A stretch of 57,816 bases of DNA, filler included, from Circinaria calcarea (GCA_051942165.1; 8 parts of 8 records of this genome joined end to end with filler, not necessarily neighbours in it), one strand, 5' to 3'. Positions 1 to 13,729 are shown, counted from the first letter of the whole stretch. Notes: generated by a model from the letters alone, not told the origin. Program-made: numbers and translations.

Positions 1-529
1 GGGGGAGGGATAGGTTATGGGGGGATAAAGGTTTGAAGGCTTTTCCGAGGGTATTGGACGGAGGGATGGTTATTTTGATATATTCGTATAGCAAAAGGGG
101 GGTTTGGGAAATGGTGAGACCTCAAGTTTGAAAGGAAATAGGGGTGGCTCCGCTAGGTGCCCCCGAGGAATAGGCAAAATACGGCTATTCGAGTGTGGGG
201 CTTCGGAGGTCCTGAAGGTGGGAAGGATTCAGAAGGGTATATGGGCATAGGCTGACTGCTACAGTAGAGTGCACATGTAGAAGGTGACGTCGGAAGCTAA
301 AAATTCAAATACTGCTGCTGTGCTATAACTGCTATTTTATTCTATTCGTGATGTGTGTATGTATGTTGTGTAGAAGGAAAATCCCCCATCTATGATTTGC
401 GCCCGTTACCCTGAGACCCATGCCTTCCAATATAGCCATATCGACCCCACCATACAAGAAGGCAGAGGGGACTGGACTGCTCTAGACCGCACCGGATGTT
501 AGATAAAAAGGGGTCCAGCTATCAGAAGC

Positions 530-1524
530 TCACGGTTCATTTGCCAAGCTCTTCTTCATAAACACAGCGGGCAGCGACCAGACCTTCCCGTTCAGATCAG
601 GCTGCATGTAATGCTTCTCCTTGCGCTTGTAGACCCGATACCCCCTTCTCGCGTACCAATCTTGCACAACCACCTGGCTCCCCTATCAGTATTTCAAAAA
701 CGCAGGGACCCCCCCCCCGGTTTTTTTCAAATCGCAAAGAGAGAACGGTGAGGACGTTACCTTGGGCTGCTCTGTCCCGTGAGCATGCCATACTTCCAAA
801 TCGTCGTGCCGCTCCTTGGCCATGGTGTCCAGAGCCAGCGCTCGGGCGTGCAGAGGTGGTTTGACGGCCAGGAGCTCGACTGCGTCCATGGCGGCGGAGC
901 CGAGACCGGTGCTTTGCAGGGCGTGCGAAATGTAGAAGGTGGTGATGCAGTAGAGGTGTTGGGATTTATCTGCGAGGGTGGGGTCGAAGGGGTTTTCCGA
1001 GTCGAGGGAGATGTGGCCGACCGGGATGAAGGGGGGGTGGAGGGAGGGCGTTCTGGGAGCCTGTAGAAGGGACGTTGCGGTGTCGGAGATGGGGTCTTTT
1101 TCTTTGGGGTGTCGAGATGTGTGCTGTGCTAGTTTACCGTCTCGTCCGGGGTCGTCTTGGGACAGTAACTGAGCGGTATGCTGAGCCAGGGCACGAGAAA
1201 CAGCTTTGCATGATGTACTAGAAGAGGACTCGCGTAAAGGGATTTGATGCCGAAAAGGAAAATAGGGAGATTTCAAACTGTAGATATCCTCCTGCTCAAT
1301 CTCTCAACCTAACTGTATAAATCCAGACTTACGATCCAGTGAATGGCCTTTTGGCCTTCTCGCTGCATCACTTTCCATCCTTCGACCAAATTATAGTTCC
1401 ATCCGCAAGCGACACGTTGATTATAGAGCCGCTCGACATGTTCGGCTGATTCTGGGTCCCATGGTACAAGTACAACTGTCGATAAGAGCTGCCGCTCCGG
1501 CTGCACGGTTGCTGAGTTCGTCAT
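530..1524 (-). CDS. GNAT-family acetyltransferase (3 exons)
   Basis: Spliced reading MTNSATVQ...VLVPWDPES...QRVACGW / ...FYISHALQSTGLGSAAM (acetyl-CoA binding motif A, Q-x-x-G-x-G)...LALDT / VVVQDWYARRGYRVYK...VFMKKSLANEP*. GT-AG introns at about 1332-1170 and 760-674; stop TGA at 530-532. Confidence 0.8.
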
Positions 1525-2079
1525 GAGAAAATTTCCCAAGTTGTGTATCAACCAGAGCTATGAGAGGTCTGGAAGTCGCTCTCTCATCTTCTACATGAAC
1601 CTCGACAGTAGTGACTCATAATATACGTTTAGTCAGGAATTGATGACTCGCCACCGTGTGCTGATCCTTCTCGAGTCAAGATAGAAGACATGGATCTTCT
1701 AGTCTTTCCAAGTTTATCTCATCTCTTGAAATTTATGAGGATCAATGGAGTTGCAATGTATAACGGAGGGCTTATAGCTGTTCATCTTGACTTGGAGTTT
1801 TTGTTTCGTGGGAAAGGGTAATTGGGATGATGTCATCAGACATTCGACTCCCTTTGTTGACATTCCAAAGATCACTAAGCTTACTGAAAAGGTTATCGAG
1901 AGGCATGGCTGTTTAGTGTTTCTAAGTTATATGAGAAGTAGCAATAATTGCAATTTGAGCCAAGGCAACTAGCCACTCCGGCCAATTAACTTGGCATGAC
2001 AGTCAGAATATAATATGAAACGTTTGGCCACCGCTGTCCTCTCTTCCAGCAACGGAAACAGGGTTTGATCCGCAGCTAA

Positions 2080-2106
2080 GCCATCAACGCCATCAACGCC
2101 ATCAAC
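2080..2106 (+). repeat. 9-bp tandem repeat (GCCATCAAC)x3, intergenic
   Basis: gccatcaac gccatcaac gccatcaac read directly. Confidence 0.7.
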
Positions 2107-2571
2107 CCAACTGAATGTATTGGGAAAGTAAGAAGCGACAGCCGAAGGTAAGCTTCAGCTGAGGTGGAGCCTCCTTCCTGGAAATCCTAACCAATACCCA
2201 GGACAGAATCGTAGGTCATAGGATAAGTTCTGCCCATACAACTCAAACGGGGTTGAAGAGGTGCAGGTTCTCCCGCCTAGATATAGTACTGGCGTAGATA
2301 TGGGATTTGCTGTGCACAAGGACAACTATTGTTATCTCTCATTGATACACGTAGAATTCATTTGATGAACATACTGGGATATCTGCTTTCTTAAGCCGTA
2401 AAGGCAAAGCTTCCAATTGTCCCCAAGCTGCTGCTGTCACTTTCACTACCACCATTCGAGATGGAGATTCTCTTGGGAGTAGTAGGCGAGCCGAGGTGGT
2501 CCAACGACACCTTATTTGTTCCTTTCCACCCCAAGGGAGTGAACTCGCATTTATTATCCCTCCGAACCACG

Positions 2572-2942
2572 TCACGAGTGCTTTACTCCTCCAATGACAC
2601 TCCCCCTAACTTGAGCCCAGTCGATGCTCGCGTCCAGCTCCTCGTCGACGAGTCCGCACACCGAGACGTTCTCTCCGCGAATGAGATACAGGCCGTGACT
2701 GACTTCGGTACTGGCTTCTTCGTCATCTGGTGGGCGTATAACGCGCTCAATGGTCTGGCTCAGGACAAGATTTGTAAGTTGATCGCAAGACAGAAGGATG
2801 CCAGTCAGCGTTCGGCCGTCCGCTGTGATCACGAGCACCCTCTCTGGTTGAAGTGGGAGTCAGTCAAGAGCTTTAATTTTGGCCACATGTCCATCTGGAG
2901 GGGTTGGTTCGACTTACTATCAACATAAGGTTGGAGCGACAT
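2572..2942 (-). CDS. LSM8: U6 snRNA-associated Sm-like protein Lsm8
   Basis: MSLQPYVD / KRVLVITADGRTLTGILLSCDQLTNLVL...HGLYLIRGENVSVCGLVDEELDASIDWAQVRG: Sm1 and Sm2 motifs plus Lsm8-type C-terminus. One intron with GTAAGT donor. Confidence 0.92.
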
Positions 2943-4303
2943 AGCAATAGGCCCTGGTCGAGTGTTGGCTAACGTATCCGATAGAAGCCCAATCGATCGC
3001 AAGCACTAGCAAAGTTGAATCTCAGATCTGGATGGTCGAGTATCTTGCCATTGCTGTCTAGACTCTGGAGTAGGTATTTTCTTTGCATTTCCTACATCTA
3101 CTCTACTCTGTACCACAAGGTACCGGCGGCCGTGACAGGGCTGTCTAAGCCCGGATAATCAATCTTCCATATCCCGGCATGTCACGACTCCCTCTCATGT
3201 CCTCTCTCTCCCTTTGCGACCTCCGCATAGGGTGTTCTAGCTGATCCAATGCCCCGTACCCTTAGGTTCATATCAGAAGATAGTCTGTGCCAAATCGGAT
3301 CGACTCCTTCCTAATACTAACCATGTCCGAACCGAGGCAAGAAGTATACATAGACCCATCGCTAATATTACCCTATTCCGTATGGCTACAGCACTTATTG
3401 TGTCTTAGTATGCCTCCGTCGATTTGAGACTCGTTTCTCATATCGTATGGATTCTCGCCTCGAACTCTACATTGGTATGGTAGACCCCTTAGTGGGAGAC
3501 GAGGCATTTGGAACATCTTAGCCAGATGTATACTTCTGCTCGCTCTCAGAAATGTCCAAATATTGCAAACTATTTCTACAGCAATGGTTTGAAGGTAAGA
3601 GCCGGGTTTGTGTTCTTGAAGCCGCGGACATTTGTTCAAGCTTGACTCACGTTTCGAATATTCATTTCAATATGAAGGCAAGATCTTTGTCGTTGGAGCT
3701 CTCGAGCGAGATTCGGGACGCTCTGGCCAACATGGCCATATACTTCTACTATTATTATCAAAAGTTTGAAGTTTTGAGTCATCACACCACTCTATTGCTC
3801 GGCTTTTCCTATTCCAAGCGAAGTGCAGATATCCGAACTACCATCCAAGCAAAGCTCTTTTACATACATATCTTGCATTTGATCTGATAAACAAAATCCA
3901 ATTGTTCCGTTGTAGCGGTGGTAATATTATGCTATCTCCGCCCTAGATCAGGCCACTCGGGTTGTTCTTCCACCTCGCGTAAGAATATTCCTGCAGCCTA
4001 CAGGATTAGGATGCTCTAGCCCTATCATCTTACGGATAGCGCCGGACTCAACGGAGCATAGTCGTCGGCGTGAAATTGCTTCGCAGAAGCTGTAGCGGTG
4101 AGAGGCTTAATATGGCAGGTGATCTGTATGTGGCTTGTATGAAGAGTCGGGAACACGGAATGCCATGTCCTCTTGGCATGAATGAGGTCCAGCTTATTAA
4201 CTATAAAGATCTCATATCTGGCATCTGTACTGGCAGGTATAGAGCACAAAACCTCAAGCGCAGTCGAAGCCTTGGCCATCCGACAACGGAAGAAGTTCCA
4301 AGA

Positions 4304-6228
4304 ATGAAGATGAAGATGAATTTCGGACTGTGGGTATGTATTCTATTTACTCCGTAATGCAGACTCTCACATATTCAACAAGGTTTCCCTCGCTTACATC
4401 TCTGCGACCAATGATAGGTCGGCTTGCTGCCTTCGATATACGCGGCCGGCTTCCGAACCGTGGGGTCCTCTGGTTGCGCAGTACAAATGGTCTTTATCCC
4501 GCCCAATACCTCAACCGCGGTTTTCATCGACAATTATCATCCAAACTTCGGTGGGCCCGGCGTCAATCTCCAAACCGGGGCACCTTCACCTACTTCATAC
4601 GTCTACGACGACGGTTCTGGCCTTTCTGTTTTCGGCACAGAATACAATTTAAACACGAACGGTTTACGCAAGTTGCGACCCCAGAGCAATACTTTCTGTT
4701 CTGCTGGATCCTTTTTCAGTGACGGAACTCTTCTCAACATTGCAGGGGCCGAGCCAGGACCAAATGGCGTCGCCCAGGGTTTCGATAAGCTCCGGACGTA
4801 CTCGGCTGGACCATGTTCTGGTACTTGCAAGCAGGACTGGGTCGAGCAAACCGCAAAGTTACAACATACTCGATGGTATCCGACAGCGCAGACACTCACA
4901 GATGGGAGTATTCTAGTGGTTGGGGGCTCAAATGTAGGAGGTTTAGTGTTGAATGAAGCCAACATCAATGTCCCAACCTATGAAATAGTTTACCAGGATG
5001 GACACAAGCCGCCAATTCCCGTGTTACTGCCTATTCTAGAATTTACCGCAGCCCAAAACCTGGTTCCAGGGAAGTCGTACAATCTGTACCCCATACGTGA
5101 GTTACTCCATATACTCTATTATTGAATTAGCTTACCGTGTATGACAGTGCACCTGCTACCGAACCCATCTGCATCCAACGAGATTTTCACCGTAGCTGGG
5201 AACCAGACGATCATCTGGGATTACACTAAGAACACGGCTGTCAAGGCTTTACCAGATACACCTCTACAGCCTCGCACATTTCCATCCTCTGCAACATCAG
5301 TTCTACTTCCACTTATTGCTCCGGACTATGACCCTACAGTACTAGTGTGTGGGGGTTCATCCGGTGACATACCTGACCCCAGGGCCTTGGATGATTGTTA
5401 TACCATTAACCCGCTCGACCCTTCACCGGTATGGGAATCTACGGACGTAATGCCGAACGGTCCACAAACAATGTCTGACGGAATCCTGCTACCAGATGGC
5501 ACTGTCTTGATACTAAATGGAGGAAGGGTTGGCTCAGGTGGTGGGTTTATGGCTGACGATCCTGTTTTCCAACCTATATTATATAATTCTACCGCACCTG
5601 CTGGGGATCGATTCACGACTCTGCCCGGAACAACAATTCCTCGCCTATATCATTCTACGGCTACTCTACTCCCATCTGGCGAGGTACTAGTTGCTGGATC
5701 TAATCCTGCTGTTGGGTACAGCGCGGACGGCAAAGTTCCCGGCGGGTAAGCTTACAAAATACCTCTCACTTTATCTGTTTCTGACTGAAACCTCATAGTT
5801 GGCCCATATTTGGCAACAACGGTCATCAGTGCGCTCTACATCAACAACAAAGGCAGACGTCTACCTATCCAACCGAGTACCGTGTCGAGATTTTCTCTCC
5901 TCCATACATATCAGCTAACGTCCGTCCAATCATCGCAAGTCCGCCTATGATTGGATACAATTCGACGTTCCAGGTCGAGGCAACGCTCTCTGATAGATCT
6001 GTGAACGGCAAGACTCAGGTGGTTCTTTCACACCCAGGGTTTCATACGCATGGAGTTGCAATGGGACAGAGAATGGTGATGATGGAACACACTACCGTAG
6101 CCAACTCCAACTCGATTAGTGTTACGTCGCCGGGTAATGCGAGTGTGATGCCTCCTGGGGTATACCTCCTATTTGTGGTTAACAACGGGGTGCCTTCGGA
6201 AGGCGTGTGGATTAAGTTGACTAGCTGA
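4304..6228 (+). CDS. Secreted copper radical oxidase, CAZy AA5 (glyoxal oxidase-like)
   Basis: Predicted signal peptide MKMKMNFGLW/VGLLPSIYAA across intron 4334-4417. Radical-copper site motifs NTFCSAG, RWYPT, RLYHST and GFHTHG, plus C-terminal PPGVYLLFVVNNGVPS (galactose/glyoxal oxidase Ig-like domain). Further introns near 5097-5147 and 5746-5798. Confidence 0.88.
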
Positions 6229-7154
6229 TTTTCGAGAGTGCTATTGCTTCTCCTACTATGTAATGTAATGTTATAATTTATGTCCACTGTCCCAGTATCT
6301 ATAATTACCAGTTTTTCATGCATTACGGTCGAATCATTCTTAAATGATCGATAAACAATTCGACTATACGATAGCACCTGCAGGTGATGACGCGTGACGC
6401 TTGCACTTTCTTATCCTCTTATGCATGGGGTGGTTAAATGCCGATTGCTACTTTAATCCCTCCTCGCGAACATTATGCTCATATCCGCAGCTGTGTATGT
6501 AGAACCTCGAATAAAGTGTGTGGACTGTATTCCGAGTCCCAACGGATGCCATCGGTTTCCTCATCTCCACCCCAACCTTCTTCACGTCTTCTTTCCACCT
6601 TCCCTTTCTCTCCGCAACCCGCCCCGCAAAAACAACGACTTTCCAAACCAAAAAGTGAGCAAGTGATCCCCCCCTCCTTCCTCCAACAAAGAGACCAAGG
6701 GAGCCTGAACTTCCGAGGTCCTCCTGACTCGAGAGTCCTAACGTAGCGAGGTAGCTTAGAACAGCTACCTCTCGTTCCAAAAAAAAAAAAAAAAAAAAAA
6801 AGGAGAGAGAGAGAGTGCGTGTGTGTCTCAATCTCACGCACCATCTTCCCCCCCGTACATATATCTCTGGCAATATCCCCCGCCCCCCTTTCCGACAAAC
6901 TCTTCGTCGGGGAAACCCATGTCCTCAAATCCCAAGATGGGGACTATGGCAATTCCCCCTCCCTCAATCCATTTCCCTGAACCCCCCGGGGGAGGAAGGG
7001 TTAAAAACCGAAACCGGGGAGCACTAAGGCTCTGTCTGGGATTCGTAATGTGAAAAAAAAGGGATCGGAGAGGGGCCTGCAATTTCCATATTCGATCGGG
7101 TTCGTTTTTTGACAAGGTGGTTGAGGGGTTAGAAGCGGCGGGGCAGGGGAGGAG

Positions 7155-7254
7155 NNNNNNNNNNNNNNNNNNNNNNNNNNNNNNNNNNNNNNNNNNNNTT
7201 AATTAATTAANNNNNNNNNNNNNNNNNNNNNNNNNNNNNNNNNNNNNNNNNNNN
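7155..7254. other. Artificial contig spacer N44-TTAATTAATTAA-N44
   Basis: Six-frame stop linker flanked by Ns; identical at all seven junctions. Confidence 0.99.
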
Positions 7255-7888
7255 TTCTGTTCGAGGGCAATGGTGGTGATGTACGGTATGTTGGTAAAGT
7301 CCACCCGGAACTGATAGTTCCCAGTGTAGCCGGGAGATGTAAGACCCCAGGAGCCGGGCGGGTTTTCCGAGCCATCTTCGTTGTATGCCAGCCATTGAGA
7401 TAGCGTCCCTGACTCGAAGCCGCCATTTTGGACAACCGTTGTCGGACAGCCTGTTGGTGTGGGCAAGCAAGAGCATGCCGAGCTTACTCTACTAACATTG
7501 GTTGAGCATGGTGAGGCAGCGTATGTAGGGATTAGTGAGGTTGCTGTTTGGAACCCAAGAGTAAATCCCTGACAGAACGACGAGGCAGAAGCTAGACGTC
7601 CGGGGGTTACTGTTGCACGAAGCGCACGTAGGCAGCTGCTACCGATTAGTTCAGGCCCCTGGAACAAGCTTCGGCTGTGTTAAGAATTCGTGATAGACAA
7701 GGTCTGGATCGGACTAGCGGGTTCCACCCAAACGTAGGAGCGTGTGGCCTCTAAAGCCAAATACGGTGAAAAGGACCGCGGATGAAAATGACATACTTGT
7801 CCGCTTTACAATCTGCAGTGGCCAAAGTCACCAGGTGCTCACTCAAGCCTAAAAGCAATAGCAGAATATAGCTTGTGCAGAACGGCAT
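7255..7888 (-). CDS. Putative secreted Cys-rich protein with a CBM4/9-like (NGGFESG) domain; 3' end cut off by contig end
   Basis: Hydrophobic N-terminus MPFCTSYILLLLLGLSEHLVTLATADCKAD, then an intron, then CLRALRA...ASSFC...IPTYAASPC...VSSACSCL (a Cys pattern recurrent in fungal secreted proteins) and VVQNGGFESGTLSQW. Confidence 0.6.
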
Positions 7889-9418
7889 GTTGAGAAATGT
7901 GTTTGAAAATGAAGCAAGTAAAAATTTATATTTAGAAAAGACACACGACACAATGCGCATAGATTTGGTTATAAGACAGTTTCAAAAACCAAGCGATGAC
8001 TGTCTGCATAACAGCAGGAAGAGCCGGCAACTGTACTTAAGGGCTGGAGGAGCACCCCAACTTCTCAAGGAGATCTCACGGGATGCTTCATGGACTACCA
8101 ATAAATAGCCTAGCCATGCCACAGCCAGGGCGGCGGTTAGGACTTGATACGCTAATCTCAAGTTGTGCCGAAGGATCTGTGAGCTGTGCTGCATTGTAGA
8201 TAACCTCGTATTCACAAAATCACCGGAGGACAGCCAAGCTCCCACTTGATAGCTGGCTTCGCGGTTGAGATGGTATACGGGCATTCGAAGCGAAAGAGTA
8301 TTGTGTATCTAGGCACAGTGCGCTGTTGGAGTCTTCATGGACCAATAGAATCCTTTACTCGCTTAATTAGGAATCGCCAAGGGATGCAAGTGTCCTGCCA
8401 AGATTGGACTGGCAGAAGCCTGGACCTACATAGATTGCTGACTCAACCGTCGCATTGTAATTAGCGGTAGAATGCTGAAGTTCGTCCATGACAGGGTTGA
8501 ATTTTATCAACTTATCAACTTGCGCACTTCGTAGGGGGTGCCGTGCCTAACATCGAGCACTCCGATATAAAGCACACGAAAATGGCATGTATGCTGAACA
8601 TCAGTCCCAGAAGTACTTTCACCGCGCTTGTGACCTCCTTATGCAATCTGCGTAAGTTGTGACATAGAGTGCGAACGTCACGAAGAACCACAAGGGAAGT
8701 TGCGCATGGCACGAAGAGGAGAAGGGATGTTGACGATGAATATGTGATCATGATAAAGAGTGCGACGAGGAATGGCACAGGAAGGAGTGTCCTAGAAATC
8801 TCCTCTACATGTGCTGTGGGTGGCGCGGAGAGGCCCTGGCAAAGGGTTGTAGGAACGGAAAGTATGAGGAGAAGCTAGGATGCTGGCAAAGGCTGAAAGT
8901 TATTTAAGACAGGAACTTGCGGAGATGGGTGCTAGAGGAGATCAAATCTTAACTGATATTGCCTCCTTTGGATGGAATGCTGAATACGCAAAGCCCATAA
9001 AGGTTTGGGAAGAAAACGGGGCAGTCTTTTCTTAGGTGATATAGAAGCATTGTGATTCATACAAATCAGTGAGATATTGGAGAGACCCCATAGTCTAATC
9101 ATCATGTCCTTCGTACCTCAGACACCGACGCAACGCCGAGCCTCATGAAACGCTTTAGGTGACGTATTGAGATGGCTCTGGCTTAGTGGCACAAACTCAT
9201 ACTATGCATACTCGGCTACCTTGATATCAGAGGAGTATTAGGTAGACAACCTGTCTCGGAGTTAGCTAATGACTGAAAACACTATCTAGCCAACCTACTT
9301 CGTTTCCTCACCTATATATGTGCGTGATGCTGAGATCTGTGTGGGTTATGGTGGCCGACTTGTAGCTGATTGGTCATCGGGGGGGGCTTGGGGCTCTTTA
9401 ATAACAAAGAGTCTCATC

Positions 9419-10086
9419 TCATTCGGACACGATTTTCTTTACCCTCTCTAACAGCACTTGGCTTTCACGTCCTAATTTCCTTTGGCCATTTTGTCCGCCT
9501 GTTCGGGCTTTGGCCATTTGCCTCCGGAACCGCTCCCGCTCTTCAATTTTCTGCTGCCGTTGCCGCTTAGCCTCCTCTATAGCCTTGTACCGCGCTTCTG
9601 CTTCCTTCCTCTTACGATCCGCTGCTTTGGCTTCTTTGACAAATGGAATGGGCTTTGGTCTTCTCCGTTTGACAATTCCACTAGACTGTGAAGATGTTTG
9701 TCCATTGAGCTGCGGTAGTTCTTTCTCTGGCTCATCCAGCATAGCCTGCCTAGCAGGATGAAGCTTAGTGGTCGGACTTGCAGCATCTTCCTCTTCTCTC
9801 GAGTATCCGCTCGGCACAGACCTATTGATGAGCTCCCGCTTCTTTAGCTTCGCGTAGGATTGTTTGATTTTGGCCTTATGGATTAAGTCCTTTTTGATCT
9901 TTTGGACTGTGAATATGGTGTTGGATTTAGCATTCATAGAGCAGAAAGTACGAGAGAAAGATACCTACCTTTGCGACGATGTGTCCCATCCGGTAAATTG
10001 TTCGGTCCCACTTGAAATCCCTGCTTCGGTTTCTTCAGTGCATTCGAGACATCGTCGTCCTGCTTGGAAGGCTGAGTCGCGGCCAT
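9419..10086 (-). CDS. Basic nucleolar rRNA-processing protein, Fyv7/TAP26-like
   Basis: MAATQ...KKPKQGFQVGPNNLPDGTHRRK / VQKIKKDLIHKAKIKQSYAK...NGQRKLGRESQVLLERV. One intron at about 9909-9968. Confidence 0.65.
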
Positions 10087-10602
10087 GGTTGATAAACAAA
10101 GAGAGCGTCTGCAAATAATACCTCGGGGTCTGGTTGCTGGTACGGCCCACGCCGACAAATCCGGAACGCCGGCTATGGTATGGTAGTAGATTTCTTCCCG
10201 CTGGGCTAAGATAAGCGATAAGATGACGAAATTGAGGCGACATACGGAGTAACGGATCGAGACCGTGAGGATTTCTTTTCCCGAGTATGATACAGGTCAT
10301 GTGAGCCATGCTGATAGGAGATGATAAGTCTGACGGGTAGCATGCCTACCGTACCTGATTCATCCAGCACTAAGTATTGCTTTTCTCCTTTACCCCCGGG
10401 AGGACATTAAGCATCTTGGTATTCCCGTCTTCTTTGTTGAGCATGTGCCCACGCTTTGCTCGTTTAGATATACCTTCATAAATTTAGCATAACTATAGAT
10501 AAATCCCCTCACCCATGCTTCTTCCAACATCTACAAACGCCACCTCGCCTCTGGATGTGCTCCTCCCTGATGAACTGACAGAACAATGCCGCTGAGATCG
10601 CC

Positions 10603-13254
10603 ATGCCAATGCTCCATGACCTAGATCAGACTTGCAACCATTTCAAGGAATGTTCAAAGTCAGGCGAATCCGATATCATCATGCGAAAGCCGTCGGAAGA
10701 GAGCATAAGAACAGAGTTCTGTGATGGACCCTTACTCGAAGAGAGCACGGCTGGACCCCCTTCGCCACATCAGGAACGTGAACCACTGTACGGAACGGAG
10801 AGAGGGGAAACTAGTGATCGGACAGAGCTTATTGAAAGAATCAAACGAGGGGAGAACCCCAACTGGGTGCCAAACCGAAAGGTAAGCCACTTTGAACACC
10901 TCAACAAAATCCCGATAGCATTAAATGGTGCCTGTACCTTCTGAAGGAGACCTGAGACCCGGCATATATCAAGCATCGAGCTGTAACTTCTGAGACATGT
11001 TACCTTATGAAGAAAGATCCTCCAGCGTAGTTGATAGACGAAGTCAATCAGTTCCGGGGTGGGAGGGAGTTACTGACTTAAAGATGTTATTTAGCTAGAA
11101 GAACATCTCAATCTGCCGCAGAAAGCTCGGATTCAGGATCTGACTACGGGGCCAAAGCCTGCTTCCCCGTTATTACCGGCCTTCGAGCTTTCCCATAGAT
11201 CGAAGGTACCATCCACAAATGCAGATCCACCTTCAGCCACATACAGATCTCAGCTAAGCCCTCCATCCGACAACGAAAGACCTAGGTCTGCTTTACACGC
11301 CGGCGATTTCACAGCACATGTGGGAAATTCAGAACAAATTGGTCATGCTTCTCAAGAAGGGCAGGATGGCTCGAGGGCTTCAGGCCCAGTTTTATTGGGT
11401 ACGTCGCCAACTACTCCATGGTACATACCCGCTCCGTCGGTTCCGAGCGCATTTCAGCTCGACGCACGATTTCCACCTCCTTATCGGCCCTCAGCGGAAC
11501 CCGGCGAACGACTATATCGGATCCGTGCACCTTCCTTACAATCATACTCGTCAAGCTTCGTGCTCAAACCTCCAACCAGTCCTCTGGTACAGCAATCGAA
11601 CAACAATGACTTGGACTTCTCCCCTATTGACCTTTCCGAGTCTCTCGACAAAGCGGACCGTCGTCATACGCTTCCTCCCCAAGGTGTACCCATATTGGCC
11701 TCCTCGCCTAATGGGAGGTCGCCCAACTCATCTCAGCTTGCTCGTAAGCCCACATCGCTCCGCAGAGAAGGAACGTTCTCGTACCAGGTCCACCAGATAC
11801 GCAGATCGCTGACTTCCAACTGGTCCCTTCAAGCATCCACTTCACCACAAACGCCTGCATTCCTTCGGTCCCGAAGGCCATCATTTTCTTCAGAGACATC
11901 ACCATTACAACATGCTTCATTTGTGGGTTCGTATGAAGAGTCTATCCTTCGTGGACGTATGTCGACTGGTCCTTCTAAGCCTTTAGACTTTACTGCCAAA
12001 ATTGGCGCTCTAGGTAAAGGGGATTGCAAGCCAAAACACCCTGCTCATGTAATTGTTCCATTCCCTGCCGTCTTCTACAATTGGAGTGCTGGAATAGGTA
12101 GATCCCCTTCCAGCATTGATGATGAGCCGAGTCCTTATGTCGGTCATATTGACTTGGAGCATCTTTTATCTCCGGTCCAGCCAAGGCAAAGGCTACGCAA
12201 GCAAAAAGAGCACCTCTCAGGTGAATTAGACGCATCCGGTGATGCTGAGAGCAATCACGAATATGATGGTTCTACGAGGAACCTTCCGATAAGAAAGCAC
12301 GAAAAACGGAAAAGGCGATCCCCATCTCCAAAGGCACCACCAGGGGGTAGTTACAGGATCCCACGGACTGGTCAATTGCAAATCATGATCAAGAACCCCA
12401 ACAAAACTGCGGTCAAGCTTTTCTTGGTTCCTTACGACCTAGAGGGTATGGAAGCGGGAACAAAGACATTCATACGGCAGCGATGCTTTTCGGCGGGTCC
12501 CATTATCGAAACAGCTCTTGCCTCAGGGTCAAATTCTGATTCAGGCAAAAATTCCAAGATTGCAGACTTTGATAAAAAGGCAAAGCCAACCTTGCGATAC
12601 TTGATTCACCTGAACATATGCTGCCCTTCAAAGGGAAGATTCTATCTTTACCAACAAATCCGCGTGGTATTCGCGAATCGTGTTCCAGATAACAAAGAGA
12701 ATTTGCAAAACGAAATACAGCTGCCCGAGCCTCGATACAGTCCATATAAACCGACTAAAGAAACTTCAATGGGACCTCCAAATACCAGCACAAATTCCAT
12801 ACCAGACAAGACACAACGAAGGAGAAGCTGTGGGAATGCTATTGACAGTGTAAAGGCTCAGCGTTTTACAGCCGATAGCTGTTTTCTTTATAGTAGTGAC
12901 GGCCTTGTTCCACCAGTACCGCCGATCCCGTGCGATCTCTTAGGATCTCGGCAAGAGAGCAAGTCAGGAAGTAGTATCCCGTCACATGAGCCTTTGGACG
13001 TGAATACCTCAAGGCCCACCTCTCCAGGTTTGCAATCCCCGTTGAGTGACAAAACGAATCGTATCGCGAATACCTTGTCAGGATCATATCGAAGTATTTC
13101 CAGCCAGAGCAGTGATGGATATAATAAGCTCAGCAAGGGCGACGCAGGATACGGTGGCCGGCCGGGTACCCCTGAGCCGGGTGAGGGTCTTTTGGCAAGA
13201 CGACTTCGAGGGTTTGGCATCGAAAAAGATCAGAACAAAGGGATCAGCGAATAA
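10603..13254 (+). CDS. DUF4210 / ATOS (FAM214)-like protein
   Basis: FVGSYEESILRGRMSTGPSKPLDF, YRIPRTGQLQIMIKNPNKTAVKLFLVPYDL, GTKTFIRQR and LRYLIHL motifs. Exon 1 (DRTELIERIKRGE) ends at GTAAGC 10882; acceptor near 11093. Confidence 0.85.
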
Positions 13255-13729
13255 TGAATCTAAAATTTGATATATTGGGAAAGCGACGTGATTGGACCTA
13301 GAACGCATTGTATTTGATGCATAGCGATTTATTGGCGTTTACATGTCGGGAAAATTGCAGAGCAGAATTTAAGAACAGTGAAATTGTCAATTTCTTTTAG
13401 TCATTACTGAGGGTCTTCTTAAGATGACGGACTAAGCTTCTGCAGCGAACCCATTTCGGCCTTTTTAGGTTTCAAAGCATGATTTGATGGGTCTTGTCCC
13501 TGACTACCAACATGAACGAAGAGCTCCAAAGTTCTATTTGCTTGAGTAGGAATTGCCCGCCCACGTTGAATTGCTTATAAGAAACCTACAAGATTCGGTC
13601 AAGTGATCGAAGGTGCGTAGACATGGAAAATTTACTCCTGGTAGCCCCGAAAGGTAGAGTAGTGTAGATATTGTGATTGGCAGTTACCTTGGTGGCCAAA
13701 TTGGGGTTAGCTTTAATGCAACCACTTTA

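Noticed and set aside
6430..7154. Overlapping ORFs and poly-A/G/C tracts at the end of contig 1 (similar at 1-180, 28580-28886, 43459-43700, 50693-51060)
   Set aside because: Homopolymer-inflated, low-complexity contig-end sequence consistent with low read quality. No recognisable protein, though a real first exon near 6546-6654 cannot be excluded.
7199..7210. TTAATTAATTAA recurring at ~7.2-kb periodicity as a biological repeat
   Set aside because: Always embedded in 44+44 Ns. It is a six-frame-stop assembly linker, and the periodicity reflects size-sorted contigs.
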